Shown here: piece by piece, positions 26,119 to 34,451 of the stretch | Numbering within the stretch: the stretch's first letter is position 1 | Layout of the letters: every line of letters starts with the position of its first letter | Virus record (IMG/VR): IMGVR_UViG_3300032288_003288 | From: a virus | Length of the DNA: 64,000 bases | Reading direction: 5' to 3' (one strand) | Notes under the pieces: generated by a model | Told to the model about the DNA's origin: nothing | The model's database searches: none | The model's input: the letters and a program-made list of their open reading frames with translations, nothing else | Translations under genes and position numbers: made by a program

Positions 26119-28128
26119 TTAGAACGTTCCGCCATCCAGAGAATTCCAAACAGGAATTCCTGAAGCCATCTGAAGGACCGTGCCCTCAGTATTGGCTGCC
26201 AACTTGGCCAGCGTATTTGTAGCTGAAGCATAGATCAAGTCGCCAGTGGCGTACGTATTCAAGCCTGTACCGCCAGAAGTCGGCGCCAAAGCTGTTGCCA
26301 ATGTAAGCGAGTTGGCAGTGATAGACACTGCTACCGTTGAGTTGGCTGTTATCGAGACGTTTGTGGCATTAGCGACAAAAGCACCAGTGGTTAGATATGC
26401 TTCAAGTGTGGCTAGAGTGTAACCTGTAGCAGCAGTATTGACTGTAGTCGAGGGTTCTTCGGCCGAACCTGTGAAGAGTTTATAGACACCGTCGGTGGCA
26501 TCTCTGAAAAGACCGGTAAACTTGGCTCCAGTGGCTCCATACTGTCCGTATAGACCGATGTCAAGGATGTCTGTGGACGAGTTGCCGTTGGCAAGTTCGA
26601 TCAGAGAATCTTTTACTGTCAGGTTTGTGGTGTCGACCGTCGTCAGAGTACCTAGAACGTTTAGGTTTCCTGACAATGATAAGTCAGTGATCGACAGAGC
26701 CGAGTTGACGTGCACACCGGTGCTGTTCAGAGTCAGTGTAGAACCAGTGGTCAGAGTGACAGCGTCGGCAAGTACACTGATACCGTTAGCCGCACCCACA
26801 TGTACGCCCGTGGCATTAGATACTAGGCCGTCGCCACCTACTACATTGATGCCAGATGCATCGACTGAGATGCCGTTGGCACCGTCCGCAAATACGCCTG
26901 TCGAGTTGGCAATGATACCGTTGTTGGCTACGACTGCGATCGTAGGTGTTCCGCCTTCTGTAGTAGAAGATCCAGAAATACCTACACCGGCAGAGATTGT
27001 AGCTACATAGTTGCCAGACGTCTGTGTGCCTAGAGCGACGTCGCCTGACAATTGTGAGGTGGCGATAGAGAGCGTCGCATCGTTGACGTATAGGCCAGTG
27101 GCATTGGCGATCAGTGTGGAGTCGCCAGATACGTTGATGAAGACGCCTGTAGAATTCGCTACAAGACCAGAGTTGGCAAGGACGTTAACTCCGTCAGCCG
27201 TTACGCTGATACCGTTTGCTCCATCTACCGAGACAGTGTCTGTAGCTACCGTGATACCGTTTCCAGCACCGACGTCGAGAGTCACGTCTCCTGAACTGCC
27301 ACCACCCGTCAGACCGTTGCCGGCCGTTACACCAGTGACGTCGCCTGTAGTAGGCGTAGTCCAGTAAACTGTAGATCCGTTGGATGTCAGAACTTGACCA
27401 GCTGTACCAAGGCCACCGTTGGCTGAGATGCCAGTAGTAGTTCCGATAGTAAGTTGAGTGCTGTTGGCGATTATCGAGCTGCCTACACTAATTATGGCAG
27501 CGTTGACAGTCGATGTAGCAAAGACGTTAGCTGTAGTAAGGGTTGTGCCGGTCAAAGACGAATATACAGAGTCATTGCCAGCAGCAAGATCTGTAGTATT
27601 GATACGACCAGAAACACCGACTCCACCCGCGACTGTGAGAGCGCCTGTTGTGGTATTGGAACTGGTCGTAGTGCCAGTGATAGCAGCATTTCCTACAGAG
27701 ACTTTGTCGGTCGTCTTATTATAGGTAAATCCAGCGTCACCCGCCAGAGAACCGCCATCGTTAAACTGAACTTGTGTGTCAGAACCTGCAACGCCAGATG
27801 TGGGAGTAGCCCAATATACACCGCCAGTAGAGTTTGATGATAGAACCTGTCCACCTGTACCAGAAGCTCCGTTGGCATAGATATAGGATGGTTGAAGGTT
27901 GGCAACGATGATCTTATCGATACCAGAGGTCGAGTTGGCGACTAGGGCCTGATTGGCCGTAAGTACACCAGGATTTCTCAGACCGCCGATAGCGACCGAT
28001 GTTCCGTTTCCGTTAGGCGCACCAATAAAGAGTACTTCACTCGCCGAGGTATAAGCTAGCTCGCCGTTGGCAAGTCCTGTGACTGTACCGTTGGCGGTAG
28101 ACCTTTTGATTTGAATCTTATTGGCCAC
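26119..28128 (-). CDS. Tail fibre protein (Gly/Thr/Asn-rich, internal repeats)
   Basis: IQIKRS...LANGELAY anchor, repeated ANGISV / ANSTGV units, ends LDGGTF. Confidence 0.8.
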   Translation of the reverse strand: MANKIQIKRSTANGTVTGLANGELAYTSASEVLFIGAPNGNGTSVAIGGLRNPGVLTANQALVANSTSGIDKIIVANLQPSYIYANGASGTGGQVLSSNSTGGVYWATPTSGVAGSDTQVQFNDGGSLAGDAGFTYNKTTDKVSVGNAAITGTTTSSNTTTGALTVAGGVGVSGRINTTDLAAGNDSVYSSLTGTTLTTANVFATSTVNAAIISVGSSIIANSTQLTIGTTTGISANGGLGTAGQVLTSNGSTVYWTTPTTGDVTGVTAGNGLTGGGSSGDVTLDVGAGNGITVATDTVSVDGANGISVTADGVNVLANSGLVANSTGVFINVSGDSTLIANATGLYVNDATLSIATSQLSGDVALGTQTSGNYVATISAGVGISGSSTTEGGTPTIAVVANNGIIANSTGVFADGANGISVDASGINVVGGDGLVSNATGVHVGAANGISVLADAVTLTTGSTLTLNSTGVHVNSALSITDLSLSGNLNVLGTLTTVDTTNLTVKDSLIELANGNSSTDILDIGLYGQYGATGAKFTGLFRDATDGVYKLFTGSAEEPSTTVNTAATGYTLATLEAYLTTGAFVANATNVSITANSTVAVSITANSLTLATALAPTSGGTGLNTYATGDLIYASATNTLAKLAANTEGTVLQMASGIPVWNSLDGGTF

Positions 28129-28129
28129 T

Positions 28130-28396
28130 TTAGAATTCTCCGCCGTCTAGTTGTAGGTTTTCGGTGGTTAAGTCACCGACATCTAATTTTCTTACCTCAT
28201 ATTTATCTCTGGAAGTATTATACACCAGAGTTGCACCATTGGAGACGTCGATCTCGTCAACGTCTGTAATATCTTCTATGCTTCTGATCTCTGTGACTTG
28301 ATTCTTGAGTGTGATAGGCGCAGAAGGAGTCATGGCAGCGCCAGTACCAACGACTTTAACCTTCTGCGTCGTAGTTCTGGCTATCTGGGCTTTCAT
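28130..28396 (-). CDS. Hypothetical virion protein
   Basis: 88 aa with I.DI.DVD...NGATLVYN fibre-type motif; ends LDGGEF. Confidence 0.65.
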   Translation of the reverse strand: MKAQIARTTTQKVKVVGTGAAMTPSAPITLKNQVTEIRSIEDITDVDEIDVSNGATLVYNTSRDKYEVRKLDVGDLTTENLQLDGGEF

Positions 28397-28399
28397 GGC

Positions 28400-28726
28400 T
28401 TACCTCGTAACTTGTGGAGTTACAGTGACCAAACCTTCGATGATTCTCGTGACGACTGAACCGTTCGTGATCTCACAGTCGTATACGTATCTGCCAGCAG
28501 CGATATTGGCTGTAGTGTTGGCTGTCATAGAGAGCGTGACTTCGCCGGCTGCCCCATTGACCGCGACAGTAAAGGCGGTAGATGTCAGAGAAGTGTAGTG
28601 TTTGCGTAGCTGAGCTGCACCTGTATACCCAGCAAGGTTTACAGGCTCATCGTCGTCGTCTGTTACGTTGATGGTAGTCTCGAAGCTCGCGCCTTGATCT
28701 ATTACCAGATTGCCTTTAATTGCCAT
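28400..28726 (-). CDS. Virion structural / fibre adaptor protein
   Basis: NL.IDQGA.F, NL.GYT..AQLRK, GRYVYD and RI.EG..TVTP.VT pattern common in T4-like phages; has its own late promoter. Confidence 0.7.
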   Translation of the reverse strand: MAIKGNLVIDQGASFETTINVTDDDDEPVNLAGYTGAAQLRKHYTSLTSTAFTVAVNGAAGEVTLSMTANTTANIAAGRYVYDCEITNGSVVTRIIEGLVTVTPQVTR

Positions 28727-28748
28727 GATGCCTCTCGCTAGTTCTTCT

Positions 28749-28756
28749 TATTTATA
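28749..28756 (-). promoter_or_regulatory. Late promoter TATAAATA heading the fibre-to-glycosyltransferase transcript
   Basis: Exact consensus, 22 nt before the ATG at 28726. Confidence 0.85.
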
Positions 28757-30917
28757 AAAGAACCTTGCTCTTTGAGGAGATTGATTTCAACTCAGAAGTT
28801 TCAAGGTCGCCCAATTCGATGGCTTCCCAAGTAGTTCCGTTTGTAGAAGCCAAAATAGGATAAAGAATGTCGTCTGTAATGATATAGAAACGATTGAGGG
28901 TTGTAGAGAATGTGATGTCCACGATGTTTGTAGAAGGATCTAGAGCTTGAATTGCTCCGGATGATTCTCCAGTATTTGACCACGTAGCTCCGCCGTCTGT
29001 GCTGGTTACTAGACCGCGCGATTCTCCTACTGCCACCAAAATACTTGCAGTGGGGCTATACTCTACTGCATTAAAGTTAAACGAGTCTAGAGCAGTGCCT
29101 GTATATGCACCCTCATAAGACGTGCTATACGTTCCAGTATATCCACCGGTATATGTAACTTCATACGAAGTAGTGTAAACTGTATCATATGTAGAAGTAT
29201 AGTCTCCTTCATATGTATTGACATACGTACCAGCGTAACTTGTTTCATATAGGCCGCTCGTAGTGGGGCTAACAAAAGTTCCGATATAAGTTAGATCGTA
29301 CGCTGTTTCATATGGTATCGGATCGGCAAAGCTATTTGTGTAGAGTGTGGCATATAACGCTGGAGTTATGAATGCTGGGCCAAGATAGTCTGTGCTACTG
29401 TCATATCCGACTCCAGCCCCCTGCGTATAAGTGGCCGTAAAGTTCGCAGGACCCTGAAACTCTCCTACATCTTTAGTACCATTAAAGAACACTACTCCTT
29501 GGAAAAAATCAAATCCTGTTCCAGAATAAGTCATTATATATGAAATACTACTTCCTGAGTCGTAAATGATTCCGCTATTATAGACGGGTTCATAAGCACC
29601 TGCATACAAATCGTCAGTGTAGTCAGTACCATAATCATGCGAGTATGTTGCTATATAAGTCGTCGTAAATGTTGCTCCAATGTACTCGTTCTCATACGTA
29701 ATACCACCGAAAGTAGGTCCAGCATACTGTTGAGTAAATGGAGTTGATCCATCAAAATTAGCATTGAAAGATCCGAGATACGTGAGATCAAAGGCTGCAT
29801 CATAGTTGGTGTCAAATGTAGTAGATTGATACTCGTTGATGTCAGCAAAAATGGTGCCGTCATAAGAGGTAGCAAATTCTTGACCGTACTGCGCTAGACC
29901 ATATCCTGTAAAGGCCGTTCCTCCATATACAAGATCCTGATAGCCTCCAGTGACATATGCGTCGTACGAAGTTCCACCAAAATTATCTAGATCTGCGACT
30001 GCTCCAGGTCCAACGTAAGTAGTTGCTGGACCATCATAGAATGTAGAGTAGTCTATGTTATAGATTGTTTCTGCTATTTCATACTCACTTGCACTATACG
30101 AATCATACGATATATTAGGCCCGGCGTAGCTTAAAGCACCAAGGTAGGACGGCACGCCAGCTACATACGCGGTATCATTTGAATAATTTGCTTCGTATAC
30201 AATATCATATACTGTGTTATCATAGTTAGTGACAGAGGGGATATATCCCAAATCCCACATACTCAATGGATTTCTAGCATAGAGAAGTCCACCCCCGCTG
30301 CATGCAGCCACAAACGTGTTACTGGATGAGTCGAAAGTGATATCTTTGATGTCGACGTTTGTGGGCATGTCGACTTTGGTCCATGACCCGGGGATGCCTG
30401 TACTAGAGACAAACATAGTACCAGCATCGCCTGCCGCGAGATAGAGATCACGAGTGGTAGAGTAGTATGCTGCGTTTAGTTTATCTCCCGGAGTAAGATT
30501 GGTATCGTTCCAACTACTTACACCAGTCTCTGAGTCGACTACAAAAGCATCTAAATACTTGCCGCCTACAACGATCCACTTGGCTTTAGTGGTACCGTCG
30601 GCATTCTCGTTGACGACGATATCATTGAGATCGTAGTTATAACTACCTGCAGCGTCGAGCCACAACTCTCCACTAGTTCTACTATAATAGATATTTCTGT
30701 TGGGCGTCTCTGTAGTAGTCGCGACGAGCAAGTCTGATACAGCAAAGATCTTATTAAAATCTACTGCAACGTTTGTGATTCTTTCGTTCCACGTGACGCC
30801 GTCGTTACTTCTATAGATGGCAGCTTTTCCATCCGTAGTCTTTCCTGCAACGACTAACTCGAAAGCAATGGTGGTTTGAGATGATGATGCCAGCATTGCC
30901 AGCATAGCGCCGCTCAT
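28752..30917 (-). CDS. BNR/Asp-box beta-propeller protein interrupted by a Tyr-periodic tract
   Basis: Asp-box repeats SNDGVTW, STDGGATW and STNGTTW at both ends; about 380 aa of (Y/F)xxx repeats in the middle. Confidence 0.75.
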   Translation of the reverse strand: MSGAMLAMLASSSQTTIAFELVVAGKTTDGKAAIYRSNDGVTWNERITNVAVDFNKIFAVSDLLVATTTETPNRNIYYSRTSGELWLDAAGSYNYDLNDIVVNENADGTTKAKWIVVGGKYLDAFVVDSETGVSSWNDTNLTPGDKLNAAYYSTTRDLYLAAGDAGTMFVSSTGIPGSWTKVDMPTNVDIKDITFDSSSNTFVAACSGGGLLYARNPLSMWDLGYIPSVTNYDNTVYDIVYEANYSNDTAYVAGVPSYLGALSYAGPNISYDSYSASEYEIAETIYNIDYSTFYDGPATTYVGPGAVADLDNFGGTSYDAYVTGGYQDLVYGGTAFTGYGLAQYGQEFATSYDGTIFADINEYQSTTFDTNYDAAFDLTYLGSFNANFDGSTPFTQQYAGPTFGGITYENEYIGATFTTTYIATYSHDYGTDYTDDLYAGAYEPVYNSGIIYDSGSSISYIMTYSGTGFDFFQGVVFFNGTKDVGEFQGPANFTATYTQGAGVGYDSSTDYLGPAFITPALYATLYTNSFADPIPYETAYDLTYIGTFVSPTTSGLYETSYAGTYVNTYEGDYTSTYDTVYTTSYEVTYTGGYTGTYSTSYEGAYTGTALDSFNFNAVEYSPTASILVAVGESRGLVTSTDGGATWSNTGESSGAIQALDPSTNIVDITFSTTLNRFYIITDDILYPILASTNGTTWEAIELGDLETSELKSISSKSKVLL

Positions 30918-30918
30918 A

Positions 30919-31671
30919 TTACAGTACTCCGGCGCCTGAGATATACCAAATATTAGTCTCTGTCTGAATGAGTGTCACTATAGCATTGTTAGAGATAGTG
31001 CGAGTAGAACCTGTAGTTGTAGATTGACCGCCCAATCTAAACTCGACGCCAGCTGCATTAGCGAGATACATCGTGTTGCCAGCGTTGATAATCATGATAG
31101 CTTCATGGAGCGGAATGTTTACTGTGGCATTATTTGCGACAGTCAACGTCCAAGTTCCTGAGGTATTTGTTCCGTATACGTGATGAGCTACGTCGTTTGC
31201 CGCCAGAGTATAGTCTGTGTTCTTGACTCGCTGCGGAATATTTCTGTAGCCGATCTTGACATTGTTGACAGTGCTGTTAGCTCCTGACAGAGCTAAGTTG
31301 CCTGTAACATCTACTAACGAAGTATTAACCGCTACTAGACCTACCAAATTAGCAGTGGTAGATACGTTGAAAGCAGCGGTATTGATCTGAACGTTGGCGT
31401 TTAGAGTCGCCACGTTGACTGTATTACTGACACCTACACGAGAAGTAATGTTCAATGTGTTGGAGGTGGTATTGTTACCTCCACGCAGCGCATCTTCGGC
31501 CACCAAAGTATTGGCGAAAAATATACCAAATACTCTGGCATTACCAGTAGTCGTCGCTAAAGTAGAGTTGGCCGTGACGATGTTATTGGAAACATAAGTC
31601 GCGACTTCATTTACTTTATCGAAGTAGTCTTTAAATGTCGCTGTCGCGATGTCTACATTAGCTACGGCCAT
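30919..31671 (-). CDS. Short fibre-like virion protein
   Basis: N-terminal TF.D...K.NE anchor, Asn/Thr-rich shaft and C-terminal IGYRNIPQ...WYISGAG domain. Confidence 0.7.
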   Translation of the reverse strand: MAVANVDIATATFKDYFDKVNEVATYVSNNIVTANSTLATTTGNARVFGIFFANTLVAEDALRGGNNTTSNTLNITSRVGVSNTVNVATLNANVQINTAAFNVSTTANLVGLVAVNTSLVDVTGNLALSGANSTVNNVKIGYRNIPQRVKNTDYTLAANDVAHHVYGTNTSGTWTLTVANNATVNIPLHEAIMIINAGNTMYLANAAGVEFRLGGQSTTTGSTRTISNNAIVTLIQTETNIWYISGAGVL

Positions 31672-31876
31672 TGTTTCTTCCGTTTAAAAATTCCATCAAA
31701 AGATTCTTGATGTCTTTAATCTCTGATTCCAGATCTTCAACCTTTTGTTCGAAGCTCTGTTTCTCTTTGGCGAGTCTTCTTTCATTCAGAATTCTCTGAT
31801 AGTCAGCATCATTAGTATTTATGACTGCACCTTCAGGCGTTTTAAAATAGCCAGGGATGTCGGTCTTTACTAACAT
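31658..31876 (-). CDS. Small hypothetical protein
   Basis: GAVINT..Y and LESEIKDIKNLL pattern typical of the small ORF after VrlC-type genes; coupled to its neighbours. Confidence 0.7.
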   Translation of the reverse strand: MLVKTDIPGYFKTPEGAVINTNDADYQRILNERRLAKEKQSFEQKVEDLESEIKDIKNLLMEFLNGRNNGRS

Positions 31877-34404
31877 TATGCAGAGACTCCTACGACTTGA
31901 ACTGTGTCTACCTTGGGAACGACTTGCACAGAAGGAGACAGCAGCACGATCTTAAGCTGTACAGAGTCGTACGTATCATACTCTTGTCTAGAGGCAGAGT
32001 AGTAACGAACGATGCCGTCGTTCTGAACGTTTGTGAAAGCGATTTCAGGATAGAGGACACGATCGATTTTAAATCCAGAACCAGCCATGCTATTGTTGCT
32101 GATAGGTTGAGACAACACGATGGCTGTAGAGTTAACTGATGCGGCAACAGCGACTTGATAGTTATCAGGAAACAGATCGCTGTAGATACGAATCACGTCG
32201 TTGTTGACTAGATACGTTGTTGGATTTACGTCTACTGCAGCCACGACACTATTAGAAACCTGTGTTACGAAGGATCCAGCGAGAGTGTTTGCTGTCTCGG
32301 AATACTTAGGCAGCGAGTAAGTATATTCGGTGTATGACTCTACTTCTGGGTTGCCGTAGATGTTGGCGTTCTCAGTAATTACAAGAGGAGTCCAAGCTTT
32401 GTCATCAAAGGTTTCAGGATCTTGACTATTGTAGAGCTTGGCATACACACGAATATCAGTAGCTCTGGCGCTAGGGACTACCTCTAATTCTGGATCCCAA
32501 CAAATAGCTTCATTGACCTTTGGTCTATATCCTGTAACATATACCTTGAGATCTTCTGCAAACCGATTGTTGGCAAAAGTCAGTTTCTTGGCAATGTGCT
32601 TGCTCTTTGCAATACCTTTATTTCCGACTTCAGTATCGACAGAAAGGTTGTTATTGCGCTGAGTAGCGTCATTGACAGTTAGTTTGTACGTATTGTCAAT
32701 GATGTATTGGTTAATGACGATATTGGGATCAGGGATTCCTGCATCGTCTCCTCCATCTACTGGGCTTGGGCACCGAGTGTCTGGAAAAACGAAGGTGTTA
32801 GAAGTAACAGTAGTGTTAACTCCAGGAATATTTCTCTTCTTAAATCTAATGATCTTTCTGACTGATCTGCTCTTCTCGGCACCTTCTCCGAGAAAATCGT
32901 GCTGACACTCAACAGATCTAGAAAGGACGCGAGCTCTGTACTTTCTCATCGCGTTGCGCTCTTTATTTCTAAGCGCAGCCTTATGACCTTCTACGTTAGA
33001 CGTATCTAAGTTGTATGCACCGTTAGATTGTCTGTTGACAAACAGGTGTTCGGTTACGACGTCGACGTCTCCGTGTCCAGGACGAATGTTAAACATAGGA
33101 ATATGCTCAGACACGGGAAGCTCTTCAAAGTTGTCGATATAGACGCTGGCTCCTGTCATCACACCTATGATTTGAGAGTTGACAGAAAATCTAAACGTCG
33201 AGTTGGCAGCGTTACTGTTGCTTAGAACAAGCCTACGACGAGCTTTATTGAAATCCTCTACAGTGCCAACGACGGTGTCTAAGATCTTGGCATTTGCTGA
33301 AGTAAATGAAGGAGGCTCAACTAGGACCATGGCAGTAGAGTTGATGACATAGTCTATAGTCAGCGCATCGAACTCTGCGTTTGCTCCAGCTCTAGGGCCT
33401 GTATCGTCTCTAAAAATTAGAACGTCAGACTTTAAGTTATCAAAAGAAGTCCCTACGCCGAGGATAGTCGTATTTCCTTTCGTAAAGGATACGTTGCCAG
33501 CAATGGGATCGGTCTGTTGATAGACGTATTCTCCTCCCAGAAATTCGCGACCGTTTGTAGTGATGCTTTTGTATGCAAAGGTGGGAAGACTGGAATTTTG
33601 AGAAGACTTGACTTTCAAGAATTCGTACGGTTTGTTGACGAAAACTTGTTCTCTGACGTCAGAGTTGGCAGACAACTTTAATGCATTGACACGAAACTTG
33701 AGGTCACGATCTATGATAGGCTTTATTCCACCCGCTTCGTCGTTTGTCCTTCTGTAATACTTACCTCCATGACGATGTTTATAGAGGCCAGAAGATTTAA
33801 TTCCTGGAAGATCGAAAGTCACGTCTGTCGTAGCACCGACGCCCACCTCAGGAACACCGATCTGATTCTTACAAGTCACATAGCCTGGATCTTCGTGCTT
33901 GATAATGATAGCATAGTGCTTATTGACTTTAAGTCTTATCTTACCTAAGAGAACCTTGGTATAGATGTCTTTGCCGCTGCCGACGTTGATGTCATGATAA
34001 CGTAGGCGTCTAATCGTGTGTGGAATAATCCTATCTACTCGTGGCTTTTCGTCTTCGACTTCAGCTAGAGCAACGACTACTCCTGGCTCTTCAATACCAG
34101 AAGCGTTCTTGACAGGATCTGGCTTCATATCAAAGAATATGTCTATAGAACTGATAGTAGTCTCTTGAATGCCGAAGACTTTATCGTCTGTTATGATAAA
34201 TGTCTGAGCTTCATCAAAGTCTGCGAAGTCTTCGTGAGTAGACGCTGATTTGGTTTCAGGAGTATCACCGACAAGAAGAACGTTGGAGGCAATAAATGTG
34301 TTAGTGCCAGCAGCAGAGGTCGGATTCGGAGCAGTACTGCCTCCGCCCAAATACTCTAGAAGACCTTCTTGTTTGTTGTAACTTGTAAAATCTATCAGCT
34401 TCAT
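31876..34404 (-). CDS. Baseplate/virion structural protein (VrlC C-terminal-like)
   Basis: AQTF...ISSIDIFF..KP, DLKF, SKHIAKK...AEDLKVY and DIRVYAK motifs, which match the C-terminal half of DUF4815/VrlC proteins. Confidence 0.7.
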   Translation of the reverse strand: MKLIDFTSYNKQEGLLEYLGGGSTAPNPTSAAGTNTFIASNVLLVGDTPETKSASTHEDFADFDEAQTFIITDDKVFGIQETTISSIDIFFDMKPDPVKNASGIEEPGVVVALAEVEDEKPRVDRIIPHTIRRLRYHDINVGSGKDIYTKVLLGKIRLKVNKHYAIIIKHEDPGYVTCKNQIGVPEVGVGATTDVTFDLPGIKSSGLYKHRHGGKYYRRTNDEAGGIKPIIDRDLKFRVNALKLSANSDVREQVFVNKPYEFLKVKSSQNSSLPTFAYKSITTNGREFLGGEYVYQQTDPIAGNVSFTKGNTTILGVGTSFDNLKSDVLIFRDDTGPRAGANAEFDALTIDYVINSTAMVLVEPPSFTSANAKILDTVVGTVEDFNKARRRLVLSNSNAANSTFRFSVNSQIIGVMTGASVYIDNFEELPVSEHIPMFNIRPGHGDVDVVTEHLFVNRQSNGAYNLDTSNVEGHKAALRNKERNAMRKYRARVLSRSVECQHDFLGEGAEKSRSVRKIIRFKKRNIPGVNTTVTSNTFVFPDTRCPSPVDGGDDAGIPDPNIVINQYIIDNTYKLTVNDATQRNNNLSVDTEVGNKGIAKSKHIAKKLTFANNRFAEDLKVYVTGYRPKVNEAICWDPELEVVPSARATDIRVYAKLYNSQDPETFDDKAWTPLVITENANIYGNPEVESYTEYTYSLPKYSETANTLAGSFVTQVSNSVVAAVDVNPTTYLVNNDVIRIYSDLFPDNYQVAVAASVNSTAIVLSQPISNNSMAGSGFKIDRVLYPEIAFTNVQNDGIVRYYSASRQEYDTYDSVQLKIVLLSPSVQVVPKVDTVQVVGVSA

Positions 34405-34429
34405 GTTTAAAATGCCTATTTGTTTTGAC

Positions 34430-34437
34430 TATTTATA
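34430..34437 (-). promoter_or_regulatory. Late promoter TATAAATA
   Basis: Exact consensus, intergenic, upstream of 34404. Confidence 0.85.
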
Positions 34438-34451
34438 GAGACGTCCATAAA

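Noticed and set aside
26495-27837. Long + strand ORFs opposite the fibre gene (and similar ones opposite gp18, gp7, VrlC and ORF 58404)
   Set aside because: These are antisense mirrors caused by biased codon use in Gly/Thr/Ala-rich genes; they have no SD or recognisable motifs.
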